A stretch of DNA of 64,000 bases from Eledone cirrhosa (GCA_964016885.1 OZ024740.1:78740001-78804000), one strand, 5' to 3'. Positions 23,976 through 38,620 are shown, numbered from the stretch's first letter. The notes: generated by a model from the sequence alone, not told the origin. Program-made: numbers and translations.

Positions 23976-25275
23976 TTGTTGGGTTTCACTTCAGTTTATT
24001 TAAATAATTTCCCAGTCAATTAGTTTAATAACTGGATGATTGTTTAGTTGTTGATTTTTCACACTAGCATGGGTTAGACAAGTTGTCTTGTTGTGAGACA
24101 AGCCAGATAAAATGACTGTGTCTTGCTCATACAGAACTGATTTTGGTTTGATTTCTATGGCTGGATCCCCTTTCTAATGCCAACCTCATTTACTGGGTGC
24201 TTTTTATTGTAGCACCAAAACAGCCACTTCACAGTGTGGGCTGGGTGCATTTGTCTGAATGTATTATACACACACATACAAATATGAAGAAACTACCTGC
24301 TGATATACCATAATTCAAAAGACCTAATCACATGTACAAGCACTGTGTTACTAGAAGTAAATGTAGTGACAGACTACAGGCTACAGTATTGCTGATTAAA
24401 TGAAGATTGTACAGGGTTTGAGAGGACCCTTCAGTCAAGACAAGTATGTCACAGCCTCTCTGGTGCTTGTACCAGAATAAAATGCACCCAGTACATCCTG
24501 TATATTGGCTTGTTATATTTAATTGGCAATAGCACCAAGCATAATAGATGAATATAAACACACACACACACACACCCACACCCACACACTGATATTCCCA
24601 TGATCTTTTGCAACGACTACAAACCACATGGTCAGTAGTACATCACAACTACAATCATTCTTATTCTGAAAATGAGGCTATGAAGGTCTGGAAACATTGT
24701 CTTATCTATTTAGGTATACTTTTGTTCCAAACCTAACGTAAGGAACTAAGGAAATATGAGAAATCCTTAATAAAAAGAAAATCAAACTTGATCATAGTCA
24801 TATTTTTCATACATATTTGAAAGAACTGTTTCTTATTTACACAGACCCCCCCCCCTCACTCATATATAGTAATGGATTCAAGATAAATTACTGTGACTTT
24901 TTATTGTCAGCTCTAATTTATATAAATTATCTTAGAGCTGAAAATAGATCTGGTTATTCTAGTATCTTAACAGATATCCAAGCTAGAAGACTATCTTCCT
25001 GATAGGGAAAAGAAAATTGAGAGTATGTATATATACTAATACAGTGGAACAAATTGGCTCACAAACAATTTTTTCAAACATAAAATGTCTCGACTCAGGA
25101 ACTGTCTCGAGTAACGAACACTCAAGCCAGCAACAATGGTTGGCAACAAGCTTGGGGTATTGGTGAGAGAGTGTTACTTGCTGTGTAGTTAGTTATTATG
25201 GTGCTATCTATCTGTTTTTCAAACACACACATATATATACACACACACACATATATATATATATACACACACACG

Positions 25276-25308
<33 letters not shown>

Positions 25309-25576
25309 CAGGGGCGAAGGGTGTGTGCACGCAGTGCATGTGTTATAGAATCTTGAGTTGATCAATTGCGTCGGTTGAAGCATGCAGAATTTTGGCTGCT
25401 TGCTAAATCGTAGACACATAAAAAGATAACACACACACACACACTAGATAACACTACATGCGGCTTTGACTGGGAGCGTCATTTAGAGGGAATTGGGGGG
25501 TAAGGCTGCACAGCCCCACTTTCTGCCATGGCGATTGGACTGCATGCCCTGCTTTTCAGGTTACCCTTCGCCACTG
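25309..25576. mobile_element. hAT-type MITE
   Basis: 14-bp TIR caggggcgaagggt / acccttcgccactg (1 mismatch); 8-bp flanks acacacac / atacacac. Confidence 0.75.
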
Positions 25577-25596
25577 ATACACACACATATATATAC

Positions 25597-26820
25597 ATCA
25601 TCATTTTTATGTCCGTTTTTCACACTTGCATGGGTTGGACGGGTCCTTTTCAGCACATCATCTCTCCACTCACTGCTTTCCTTCGTCATTTCCTCTGTGA
25701 GTCTCAATGATTTAAGATCACTACCTCTGCCCAAGTTTTTTTTGGTCTATCTCTTCTGGTGGTTCTTTCCACTGGCATTTACTAACACTTCTTCACCCAG
25801 TGATGGTCATCCATGTGCATCACATGTCTGTACCAATGCAGTCTTCTCTCCTGCACATTACTTCTGATTCTTCTTAAACCCAGTTTCTCCCTCAGTTCAT
25901 CCAAGCTCTGCCTTTCACTCACATTTACATTGCACATCCAACAAAGCATGTTTGCTTCATTTCTCTCCAGCATATGCATATTCTCTGCAGTCTATCCTGT
26001 ATTACCTGATTGACTATGCAGGTTACTAATTCGACTGATACTTCTGATGCTTTTAGCATCTCAGCAAGTATCTCTGACAGTCGTGCAGCTTTACCATTCT
26101 TCATCTCCTTGATTGCTTCTCTGACCATATAACTGTCAACTTCAATAGCTGGTCCTTCTGTTGGGTAAGTTGTGGGTAGTCTCTCCTCCTCCTGTTCATT
26201 CTCTACATTCATCAGTTTCTTATAGTAATATTTCCAGGTCTCTTTCTTTTGAACATTAGTGGTGCTAAGTGCATCAGTGTCATTTCTAACACACTTTTCG
26301 CCAACAACATCCTCATTTACACTGGCATACTGATCTCTGATCCTCACTTCTCAAGACATTGGTGAACTTCCTTTTTCCAGCTTCTCTTCATGCTGTGTAC
26401 ACCTGTCATCAGCTTCTCTCTTAGCTACCCGGTATCCTCATTTTTCCAGTCCAAATGTAATTGTCACCATTCTATTTCCTACAGCTATTCTAAGCTTGAT
26501 AATTCTGTCACTTACTCTAACTACCTCCATCACCTTATCTATCCATTTCTCAGCTAGAAGGTTGCTTACACCACCTACTCCATCATCATTTCCTACCCAG
26601 TAAAGTTTGTATCTATGTTGTTTGCCTGTGACTATTCTTACTGAGGCACCCCTCTATCACTCCTTTTGTACACAGCATACATCCACTTCTCTCCTCTCTA
26701 ACAGCTCCACAATTTCACCTGATTTACCTTTCAGGGTACTGACATTGAAGGTGGCAGTCCTGAGATTTGTATCTTTACAGTTACCTGCACATGGCATAGT
26801 AGGGTTAAGTGGTGACATTT
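25597..26820 (-). mobile_element. Internally deleted older RTE (family B-like)
   Basis: APE N-terminus (LRTATFNVSTLKGK..VDVCCVQ), linker (EGPAIE..KMKNGKAA), C-terminus and tail; the RT core is missing. Confidence 0.8.
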
Positions 26821-26824
26821 GTTT

Positions 26825-29800
26825 ATCATCATCATCATCATCATCATTGTACGTCCGCTTTTCCCTGCTTGCAAGGGTGGGACGGGTCTTATTCAGCACA
26901 GCATCTTTCCACTCATCACGGTCCTTCGTCATCTCCACCGTGAGCTTCAATGATCTGAGGTCTGTTCTCACCACCTCCGCCCATGTTTTTCGTGGTCTAC
27001 CTCTACCACGTCTTCCTTCAACTGGCATTTCCTGGCACTTCTTCACCCATCGGTCATCCTCCATGCGCATCACATGTCCATACCATCTCAGTCTCCTCTC
27101 CCGTACACTACATTCTATCACTCTCAGACACAGTTTCTCTCTCAACACATTTATGCTGGGTCGTTCACGCACATTTACACTGCACATCCAACGGAGCATG
27201 CTTGTCTCATTTCTCTCCAGCCGTCGCATATCCTCTGCAGTTGCTGCCCATGTCTCACTACCATGCAGCATCGCGCTCCTCACACAGGCATCATACAACC
27301 GGCCTTTCGTACGCAGGGAGAAACCCTTCTTCGTCAACAGAGGAAGTAGCTCCCTAAACTTCTTCCAACCTGTCCTTATTCTAGATACTATGGCCTCGGA
27401 ACACCCTCCTCCCATGCTAATCTGATCTCCTAGGTACTGGAAGCTATCCACCACTTCTATAGCGCCCTCCTGCATTTGAAAAATGTGTCTATCAATGCGA
27501 CTTCTACTGTCTAATTTCCCTGTACATCTACTGCATACATATTTCTCCCTACCTGTTAGTTTGCCTGCTATCCCGCTACATCTCTTGTGTACCCAGGATC
27601 TGCATTGTGTGCATTTTATAGAATTTATGCCAGTTCCTTTTCTACATATCGAACATGGCCATTTCCCTGACGGAATCAGGGTTTTGTCCTCTTTTCTACT
27701 CATCAACACTTTTGTCTTAGCTAGGTTCACTCTCAGTCCTCTTGCTTCCAACTGCTGTTTCCATAGCCAGAATTTATTCTCTAGCTCCTCTACTGATTCT
27801 GCTATAAGAACCAGATCGTCAGCAGAGAGAAGTTCCCATGGAGAGCCAGTCTTAAACTCCTCTGTTATGGCTTGGAGGACTATAATGAACAAGAGCGGGC
27901 TGAGGACCGAGCCCTGATGTACTCCTACTTGTATCTGGAATTCCTCACTAAACTCCATTCCTACCCTGACTTTACTGAGAGCACCTCTGTACAAAGTTTG
28001 CACTGTCCTCACAAGCCATTCCTCAACACCTAGCTTCCTTAGGGACCACCAGATGACAGATCAGGGTACCCTATCAAAGGCCTTCTCTAGGTCAACAAAG
28101 GCTAAGTATAGTGGCTTATTCTTCTCTAAGAACCTCTCTTGCAATTGTCTCACCAAGAAGAGGGCATCTGTTGTACTCTTCCCAGGCACAAAACTAAACT
28201 GCATCTCATCTAGTTTGACCCTTTCTCTAATTAGTTGTGCTAAAATCCTTTCTGCCACTTTCATAACCTGATCTATCAGTTTTATACCCCTATAATTACT
28301 CCTCTCCAGAGCATCCCCTTTACCTTTGTAGCAATTTATGAGAATACTGCTGCATCAGTCTTTGGGTATGACACCACCATATATAGCCTGATTGATGATG
28401 TGTGCAACCAGTTTAGTGCCTACATCCCCTGATGCCTTCAGCATCTCAGCAACTATTCCCGATGGTCCGGCAGCCTTACCATTATTCATCTCCCTAATTG
28501 CCTCTTGGACCCTATATTCGTCAATCTCAATAGCTGGTCCCTCTGTCGGATCTACCAAGGGTAATTTCTCTCTCTCCCATTTGTTCTCCACATTCATCAG
28601 TCTCTCATAATGACATTTCCAGGCCTCCTTTTTCTGATCATTCGTGACACTAAGTACACCGGCATCATCCCGGACACATTTATCTCCAACAACATCCTGA
28701 TTTGCATTGACACACTGCCTTGCAATTTGGAACACCGCACGTCTCTGATCTTCCCGTTGCAGAACATTGGCAAACCTCCTACTCTCTGCCTCCCTGCGTG
28801 CTAAGTACACCTGACGTCTAGCTTCTCTCTTAGTGGCTGTATATTCTTCCCTACTCCCACCCCTTTTCCAAGCCTTCCATGCTAGTCTTTTGTCTCTAAT
28901 AGCCTTATCTACTGTGCTGTTCCACCACCAGGTCACTCTCTGTCTGGTTGGAGCTCTGCTCCAGCCACAAGTTTCATCAGTAGCCTGCAGCAAGTTGTCA
29001 TGTAAGAAATTCCAGTTATTATCTATGTCATATGTCTCTAAATCGTCTTCTTTTTCGTCATATACATCTTGAAGGGTTTTCCTAAATTTGTATTTTAGTG
29101 AAAGGTCTTTTAGCTTCCAGACCTTTCTTCTCCACACCTTCCTATATGTCTCATTCCATCTCTTGTTTACTGAGATATCACTAACAACTAACCTATGCTG
29201 TGGGGTACATTCTTCCCCAGGGTATGCCTTGGTATTAGACACTATCTGCCTGTCTCGCTGCCTAACTAGTAAGAAGTCAATCTGGCTTATGTGCTCACCA
29301 GATTTGTAGGTTATTAGCTGATTGGCAGGTTTCTGGAAGTTTGTGTTGCAAATAGTCAATGTACCTTCATCACAAAATTCAAGGAGTCTCACTCCTTCTT
29401 CATTTCTTGAACCATAACCGTGCCCACCATGTACCCCAGTGTAACCATCCTGGAGCTGTCCAACATGACCATTGAAGTCTCCTGCTAGCATAACGATGTC
29501 TCCGTCTTCTGTCATTGCGGTTGTTTGTAAAAGTTGCTCATAAAAGCAGTCTTTCTCATCTTTGCCTAGGCCTGCTTGGGGAGCATAGGCTGAGATGATT
29601 GTCAGTAGTCTCCTGCCTACAACTAATCTAAGCTTAATTATTCGATTACTAACTCGAACTACCTCTATTGTCTTATTCCATTTCTCAGCCAGGAAAATGC
29701 CTACTCCCCCTAACCCATCATCCTTACCTACCCAGAATAGCTTATAGCTAAGACGTTTGCCTATGACTAGTCTTGCAGAGGCACCTCTGCATCTCACCTC

Positions 29801-30050
29801 TTGCACGCAGCACACATCCACCTGCTTTCTCTCCAGCATCTCCGCTATATCAGCAGATCTACCTCTGAGAGTGCCAATATTAAGTGTTGCAACTCTGAGA
29901 TGCGACGTCTTCATATTTTGTTGTTGTTCCTATTTGTTGCTGTGTTGATAAGCGTTTTGGCATTGATACACTGGTTGGATGCCCTTCGTAACACCAGCGC
30001 CACTTTACAGCATGGACTGGGTGCTTTTATTTGTGCCACCAGCACTAGAG
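26825..30050 (-). mobile_element. Near-full-length RTE LINE family B (APE-RT with PHD insertion), inactivated
   Basis: ORFs 28355..29914, 28061..28264 and 26657..28012 are in one frame, split by two TGA stops. APE (ATLNIGTL, GDFNGHVG, SQIDFLL), RT (FVDLEKAFDRVP, GVHQGSVLSP, SADD instead of YADD), (GAT)n tail at 26825-26847. Confidence 0.95.
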
Positions 30051-33026
30051 AGGATGTCTTACTAGACTCAAGGGCCCTCTCTACCCCTCCATTTTACAGC
30101 ATGGTCATTAAAAAAAAAAAAAAAAAAATTTATGTTCTACATAAATTATATTTCCAGTTGCTCAGATGTATAAAGATCAATACTTTACTTTAAAAAATAC
30201 ATCTATGGGTTGAGCATCTGACTGTAGAATGCTGCCTTAAAGGAAAAAGGTTTCATCCAACCTGTGCCAGCATGGAAATGCGGATGTAAATATGATAATA
30301 GTGATCATGATGATGCTGAGAAAGAATTGGTCTAATCAAGTTCTTAGTTTTAAAAAGTGCAGATTGAACTGAATGTTATGTTCAGTGTGTTATTTAGATG
30401 TTTGAATTGTAGGAAATTTGATATGTGACTATACAGAAAATAGTTTCTGGTATGTTTATCATATATGTAACTGTAATTTTCTTTGTGAGATTCTGTCATT
30501 TTGATGGCTGACATAAGATTTCTATGTGATTTGAGTAAATTCAGCTGCATCATATTCAACTTAGAAGAAAGACATATTTCTCAGCTAATGATGGTTAATC
30601 TCTTTATCTGTAAATCTTACTTCCTTGACATTTGTGCATTATAAAAACAACATTTCGTCCATAATTACTCCAGCTGTATAACAGATGAGCCTCACTATCA
30701 ACAAAATGTATAGATCCTTTATGAAACATATTTGCTTTTAGTTCTTTTTTTTTTTTTTGTTCAACATTATTATACTTTCTACACCCTGAATATACATTAC
30801 ATTTGTAAATGGGGAAAAAATCTCAAAAATAAAACAAAAAAATGACACACTATGTAAATTATATAACAGTTGTTCTAAGTGGTTTGTGAATGAATGAAGA
30901 AAACATGGAGTAGAAAGAACTCTAGTCTTGTTGAGGACATGGCAACCTCTTTAGTGTTAGTGCCATGATAAAAGATAGCACATTCTGTAAAGTGGTTGGT
31001 ACAAGGAAGGGCATCCAGCCATCGAAAGCTTGTCAAAAATGGAAACCCAATTGAGACATGTTCCTGTAACCCATCTAGAATTCAGAATTGGCAGCATGAA
31101 AAAGGGATGTAAAAATGTGATGATGATGGGTTCTTGTGAAATAGTATTTTTTTTATTGTGATACTATTAAATAAAATGTTGCTTGATTTATATTAGAGGA
31201 AAACTTGTTATAATTTGGATATCTAAAAACATTTTGATAACATATTTTACATTAATCTTTATATTCTTTTTACTGTTGCTATGCCGGGGCACCACCTTCA
31301 TGTGTTTTAGTCAATTATATTAACCCCAGTACTTTACCTGGTAATTAACTTAACTATTTAAGAAATGAAATTCAATTCATTCTTGGTATATAAAAAAATA
31401 TTTAGTTGTTAATTTGTTAATTTTGTGCGCCATGTAGCCAGTGCCATGAAAAAAAGCTCTCAGTACATGCTATAAAGTGTTTGGTGTTAGGAAGGGTATC
31501 TAGCCATAGAAAACCAAGCCCAAAATGGAACATATAAGCAAAATATAGTCACCTCACCTGTCTAGCTTCATAATATAACAACTTGCCTAACCCATGCAAG
31601 CATTAAATGATATTGATGATGATGATGACAGTGATTTTGTTTACCACATGCAGTGGATAATGGTAAATCCTTTGTTAGTTTTAACACTAGGCATTCAGCT
31701 CGTCAATTAACTCAATGACCCACTTCTTAAATTAATATATAAGTGGATGAGTATTCCACAAACAAATGTACCCATAGCGAAATTTATAGGCTTAATCACT
31801 ATGACACAATATGGGTCAAGCCTGGAAGTCTGAATTACAGGTGCAATCAATCCAGTGGACTTTCACACAGTCTCTTTCTACCAAATTTCACTCACAAGAC
31901 TTCGGTTGATCTAAGGTTATGGGAAAAGACAATTGCCTAAATGTCACACAGTGGGAGTGAACCTGAAACCTCATGAATGCAAAGTGAACTTCTTAAGCAA
32001 TTGTCTATGCCTGCCATAAATACTTGCTGAGGATAGATGTAGTTAATGTTAAGTTTAAACTTTTGTAGGTCAGTTGTAGAATGGAAACTATTAACATATT
32101 TCCAAAGAGATGTAGTCTGGGGAAGAAGGATTGGGTGAAGTTCTTAGTGTGTTAGTGAATATAGGAGATGAAACACAGCAAGGTTTGATAGAAGAAAGAG
32201 GAGGATAGTAACTTCAGTTTGAGTAAGTCTAGACAAACAATGTTGAAATTGTGTATTGGTGAGTAAAGTGTTCTCTATAAAGGTAGATGACCATGTTGTT
32301 CAGGTAGTTTATTTATTAACCTGAAACCAACCATGATTTTATGATACAAAACCTCACATTTTAAGTTATTTATATTTATCCAAACACCTCCCATCATAAT
32401 TTCATGAAAAAAACCTTTATGTTCCAAATGCCAACTTAATAATATAAAAGCTAGTTATTTTACTTAATCCCTACAAATTCCTAAGAATTCTTAAAATTAT
32501 TTGAAATACATAGTAAGTGTTCCTCATTAGAATTAAGGCAATGAAAGTGTAATGGCAAGTAGTTGAAACTTTCTTTGGCCTTCACTTTAACATTAAAGTA
32601 TTCATCACTGAGACACATGGCTTAGATGTTAGGATGTTGGGCTCACAATCATATGGTGGTAAGTTGGATTGCAAAACCCTTTTCAAGAACCATGTACTTC
32701 TGTTGATCCTCCAGTGAACAATGTAGAGGCTAAGAAATGTGTTCAGATTTGACCAATAACAGTTTAGCCAAATGTTAAAGATGAGAGGAAGATAAACTTA
32801 ACTCTTTCATGACTGTATTTCAAATGAAATACACTCAATTTCAATTAATTAATGAAAAGTTTTGTGGGGTTTTCTAAAAGAATTTATTAATTATTTCATT
32901 ACAAAGATAGTAACTTAAGATATGGATAAAATTATGTTGGAGACAAATGGACAAGATGACAAAGGCATCGTCACTAAAATTCAATTCATCAGACATTTTA
33001 CCTTATGAGGTTCCTTTCTCAGGTAT

Positions 33027-33693
33027 AAGTGTTTACCAAGGTGGGCTCTGAAGAACCCCAGGGTTGTGTGGAAAAATTTAGGGGTTCCATAAGATAAGTT
33101 TAAATTAAAAAAATTAATAAAAATGTTTTTAAGCTTTTTAAGCTTATTTTACCAGTAAACCCTAAAGGAACACAACTCTAGCCGGGAGTCCTAGAAGCTT
33201 AGTTTACTGCTAAATTTAGAACCCAGGTCGTGACTTTCTGCTAAGATTCTCAATTTCGAAAATATTTAACTTTCTGCTAAAATTCTCAATTTCGAAAATA
33301 TTTGACTTTGCTAAAATTCTTAAGCCATGGAACTGTGTGTGTATGTAACTAAAGCATAACATATGTTACAAATGAATGAAACACAAGTAGAATTATAAGA
33401 TGATGAATAAATGATTTTAACTTGGTTTTTTTAACAATTGATGGTGGAAAAGATTTCAAATTGTCTTAACAATTGTCTTAACTCGGGCTGCAACTCATGG
33501 TGCCTGACACTCTTACTGGCTAAATAGCCTGGGAGTCTATTTTACCGGGACTGGCTACATAGCTTCTTCCTTTTATTTAAAGTCATATTAAAAGTAGTGT
33601 GGAGGGTATTGTCTGTAAACTATAGGTATGGGTTCTGCAATATTTGGAAAATTGGATAAGGGTTCCGGTACAAAATATGTTTGGGAACCACTG
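33027..33693. mobile_element. Degenerate hAT (Charlie-like) non-autonomous element
   Basis: Right end gtttgggaaccactg (CAGTGGTTCCCAAAC-type TIR); degenerate left end aagtgtttaccaaggtggg; subterminal gggttcc motifs; no TSD seen. Confidence 0.5.
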
Positions 33694-36212
33694 GTAGAGT
33701 ATGGGTTGTGTCAGTTGTTATGTGCGATAGTGTTGAGTGGAAATTGTGTAGTGTTGTTGTTGATGTAGTTTGTATCTCTTCCATTTTCTTTTGAAATATA
33801 CTGGAAAGAAATATACTGTTGGGTAAATTGTCTAGACAGCCATATAGCAACCAGTATCAGAGTGAAGATAAAGTACTTTAATATGATGGAAAATGTATCT
33901 TATATATTTTAATCTATAAAAAAATTGGTTATATATATAGTCCATCTTATGTCAGCATGGAAAATGGATGTAAAAGGATGATTGTGATGATATATACACA
34001 TGTGAGTGTATTTTGAAAATTCATCCTAATAAATTTATGCATCTAATAATTTTAATATGTAAAGAGAAAAAAATTGTCTAGCTTATTTGATTCTGATAGT
34101 GTCACAACATATCAACCTTTACTAATATTTCTCAATTTATTTATTTATTTATCTCTTTTTTTTCTTCTGAAAGCTACTTTAAAAGATAAAATATAAAAGC
34201 ATGCCAGATGATCATTTGTATCTAAACTGTAAGCCTAGGAATAAATTATTTATATTTCAAACACTATATCTGTTTATTTCAGAAATGACACTTCAGTTTT
34301 TTATCAACATATCTAGTTAGTCATATCTGATTAAATATTACGTTTATCTGTCTTTTATGATAAGACTATCTCTCATACCGTCTTTTAAAAAATACTCTGT
34401 TAAAATGTTACCTCTATTCTGCTCAAGATTTACATTTCAGCCAGCAAATATATAAAATCTAGTCAACTTCACTAGCATACAAACTTAACCCATTCTAATC
34501 CCTTTTGATTCTCTGATCCCCTGATATCAAGATCTAAACAACATTAGAGCCCTTATATCAATGTAGTCCCTATTTTATTCCCAGGTGATTTATCATGAAA
34601 CGCCTACAACTTCCTCATTTCAAAATAAATCAGAAACTACACAGCAGTTATTTCATAAACTTCAAATTAATTCTATTATTGAACATTATTTCTACAGTTT
34701 ATTCTAATGTTTTGGCATATTTTACTTTTTTCTTTTACTGGTTTCAGTCATTAGATTGTGACCATGCTGGGGCATCACCTTTAAGGGATTTAATCAATTA
34801 TATCTTTTCCAGTACATATTTTTTCAAGGCTAGTACATTTTTTATTGACTTCTTTTTGTCAAACCCTTAAGTTACAGAGTATAAATACAGACACAAAAAG
34901 ATATGGACACACACACTGTCATTGCTGCCTTTCCCAACCTGGCCAGGCACACATGCTCTAGTGTTGTAAGGTGGTAGCTGTTGGTGTTATGATAAAATGC
35001 ATCCAGTACATGTTATAATGTGGTTGGCCTTATAAAGGGCATTCATCTGTAAAAATCATGCCAAATGGAATGTATGAGCAAGATGTCATCTGATCTATCT
35101 AATCACAGAACATGACATTTCTAACCCATGTAATCATGGAAAATAGACATAAAACGTTGATGTCAATGATATATCAGCATCATCATTGTCATTAAATATC
35201 CACTTTCCCAGCTAGCAAGAGTAAGATGGGTTGTTACAGACCAAGTCACTACTCAATCAGAGCTACTGACCTCTCAAATTGACTGGAACCCTCGCATACT
35301 TTCATTTCTGCACTTGAGTGGGCCGGGGGCTCACATCCTACTTACAAAACGTTACCAAACTCTACTTAGTGCATTTTATCATAACTCCAGCACTAGAGAG
35401 GTTGTCGTGTTTTTGACACAGCTGCAAAATCCTCCCTACCCTTTGTTTGGCACAGGTTTTCTACAGCTGGGTGTCCTTCCTATCACCAACCACTCTACAG
35501 ATTGTACTGGGTCTGTTTGTGTAAATCACCAACACTAGGGACGTTGTGCCCTTGACACAACTGGAGAGCCCCCTCAACATTTTTTGGCATAGTTTCTACC
35601 ACAGCATGCTCTTCCTATCACAAACCACCATTCAGGATGTATTGGTTGCATTTCCTGTGGAACCAGCACTAGAGATGTTTGGGTGGCAGTGAGAACAGTG
35701 AAAAGTATGTCATGGGTATATGACAAGTTTGCCGGTGGTGGGATTCAGTAGGATTGAGACTGAGGGAGAGAGCAGGGCAACTTCCCATAGTGTGGGAGGT
35801 ACTTTGATGAGAACTTACTGAGTGGAGTGGGAGGTTAAGAAAGTATTTTTGACCAGTGTTATAGGGTGTGTGGGTTAAGACTGGTGTGTTAGGATTTTAG
35901 GATGTGGGGGTGATTCTGGGAGAGTGATGTACCTGGATAGAGTGTGGGTGTTAATATGTGGTGACTTTCAAGAAAGTCTGTGATGTTAACAGTAACTGAG
36001 GATGGGGGAGCTGTTGTAGCTGCTGTATTATGATTTTAGGGGTGGGGCAATTCTAGATAGTGATGAACCTGGATTGTGTGCAAGTGTTAATATTTCAAGG
36101 TGAGGTGGGAGTGTATAGTGATGCTGAGAATAACTAAGGAGTGATAATGAAGAGGGATATGTGAATGGGTTAGGTCACATTTTATGCTGGTTGGTAAGTC
36201 TTCACAAGTACA

Positions 36213-36214
<2 letters not shown>

Positions 36215-36268
<54 letters not shown>
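36215..36268. repeat. (CT)n microsatellite
   Basis: Pure dinucleotide run. Confidence 0.95.
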
Positions 36269-36270
<2 letters not shown>

Positions 36271-36511
36271 GTAGCAAAGATATCTATGGATAGGTCAAAG
36301 GAAGAAGGAAAAATCTAGTGTAAGAGAGCTAATATATTATTTGTTTATGTTCATACACAGAACAAGTAAAGCACCTGATGGTAGGGTGTTACTGTTCCAA
36401 TCACTTCTCCTCCATATATTCTAGACCACTGCATAGTCGTGGAGCTGGTTACAACTGGGCCTTGAATCGTAAGGTAGTGCTATTCTTGTTCTGTGTAAGA
36501 ACATATATATA

Positions 36512-37985
36512 TATCATCATCATACATTTATTTTTCCATGCTTACATGGGTTGGACAGATTCTTTTCAGCACAGTATCTCTCCACTCACTGCCTTCCTTT
36601 GTCATCTCTGTGAATCTCAGCTATTTGAGACCAGCTCTCACCACCGCCCAAGTTTTCCTTGGTCTACCTCTACTGTGGCTTTCCTCCACTGGGATTTCCT
36701 GGTACTTCTTCACCCATCGATCACTATCCATATGCATCACAAGTCTGTACCAACACTGTCTTCCTCCCTGCACACAACCTCTGATTCTTCTTAAACCCAA
36801 TTTCTCCTTCAGTTCATCCAAATTCTGCCTTTCTCTCACATTTACATTACACATCCAATAAAACATGGCTGCTTCATTTCTCTCCAGCCTACGCGTTCTC
36901 TGCAGTCACAGCCCATTTTTCACTACCATGTAGCATCACACTTTTCACAAAGGCATCATAAAGTCATCCATTTGTACCTAAGAGGAAATCTTTTATTGTT
37001 AACAGTTGGAGTAGCTCTCTAAACTTCCTCCATCCTACCCTTATTCTAGCTATTATGCTCTCAGAGCACCCCCCCCCCCCTCAACTGTTAATTAGGTTAC
37101 CTGTGATTGAAAAATGTTTATATCCTTGGTGCCCATGATTTTCCCTGTGCATCTTATACATACAGTCTTCCCTTCTTGTTATTCTACCTCATATCCTACT
37201 ACATCTCTTGTGCACCCAGGATTTACATTGTGCACATCGTATAGAGTTTATACCTACTCCTTTTCTACATATTGAGCAGGGCCACTTCCCTATGGGAATC
37301 AGTGTCCTTTCTTCTTCCCTACTTACTAGCACTTCAGTTTTTGCTCAGGTTACTCTCAGAATTTTTGATTCCAAGTTCGGTTTTCATAGTTGAAAGTTAT
37401 TCTCTAGTTCTTTTATTGATTCAGCTATAATGTCCAGGTCATCCATGTAAAGAAGTTCCCATGGACAACCAGTCTTAAACTCTTCTGTTATGACCTGGAC
37501 AACTATGATGAATAGCAGTCGGCTATGATGGACTCCTACCTTAGCTTTGATTTCCTTACTGTACTCACTTCCTATTCTCACTTGACTGACAGTTCCTCTG
37601 TACATGGCTTGCACTGCTCTCACAAGCCACTCTTCCACACCTAATTTCCTCAAGGACCACCAAATAATACATCAAGGCACTTTGTTAAAGGCCTTTCTAG
37701 ATCAACAAAAGCTAAATATAGTGGCTTATTCTTGGCTAGGAACTTCTCTTGTAGTTGTCTCTCTAAAAAGAAGGCATCTGTAGTACTTTTCCCAGGCATG
37801 AGACCAAACTGCATCTCATTTAATTTGAGTCTTTCCTAAATTATCTGTGCTATGATTCTATATGTCACTTTCATAACTTGGTCCATTAGTTATATTCCTC
37901 TATAGTTGCTCATTTCTAGAGCATCACCTATGCCCTTGTAGCAATTTATGATTGTACTGCTACATCAGTCATTGGGTATGACTAT
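36512..37985 (-). mobile_element. Degenerate RTE family B-like fragment (RT, PHD, C-terminus)
   Basis: RKLGVEEWLVRAVQAMY, TGCPWELLYMDD, WPCSICRKG-like segment, GRPRKTW, tail near 36512. Confidence 0.85.
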
Positions 37986-38504
37986 ATCTATTTCTCTCTA
38001 TATATATATGCAAAAGAAGCCATTTGGTGTGTTTCTTTACTGACTAATAACAATCAGGATTAAAGTTGAAGTGACTATTTTTGCTACTACAAGCAGCTGC
38101 CCAGTCTCTCAAACCCACTATTAAACAGAATAACAGAGCACTACATATGTACACACTATATATTCCTGTGTCTGTATATACATGCCAGCATAGAACAGAC
38201 GTTAAATAATAATGATGATACAAACATACATACACACACACACACGTGTATATATATATATATATATCTCATCTTCATCATATGTAATATATACATATAC
38301 ACACACCAGAACTGGTAAAGTTGCACCTCCATTTTATATATACTATTTACAATGTACCATATATTTCTAAGGCCTAGAAATATATGGTACCATACACAAG
38401 ATACACCTGGATAGCATTTCTAAAAATCCCTTTCTTTTTTTAGAAGCTGATGGTGGATATATTTACTCATTTCAAATTTTCAAAATATGTTTAATGTCAT
38501 AATT

Positions 38505-38620
38505 TTTTCTACTTTTGGCACAAGGCTAGCAATTACCCAGTGCATTACTGGTACTTTATTTTATCGACCCCGTAAGGATGAAAGGCAAAGTTAACCTCGG
38601 CGGGATTTGAACTCAGATCA
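38505..38620 (-). mobile_element. SINE fragment with Nin/Deu-like domain
   Basis: Reverse complement of 40250-40365. Confidence 0.7.

Noticed and set aside
25040-25125. Tigger/pogo-like terminus (tacagtggaac..)
   Set aside because: Too short and degenerate; no second TIR found.
26607-27917. Long plus-strand ORFs (also 62793..63407 on +, and 61760..62260 on -)
   Set aside because: Antisense shadows of RTE coding sequence with no independent motifs.
28061-28357. In-frame TGA codons as selenocysteine or programmed read-through
   Set aside because: They replace Trp (KDW) and Arg (VPR) seen in the family A copy at 60801-61140; ordinary TGG>TGA and CGA>TGA decay, and YADD is also mutated.
34575-34710. 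Possible host exon after ttttattcccag
   Set aside because: Short open frame with no recognisable protein similarity, no donor site and no partner exons.
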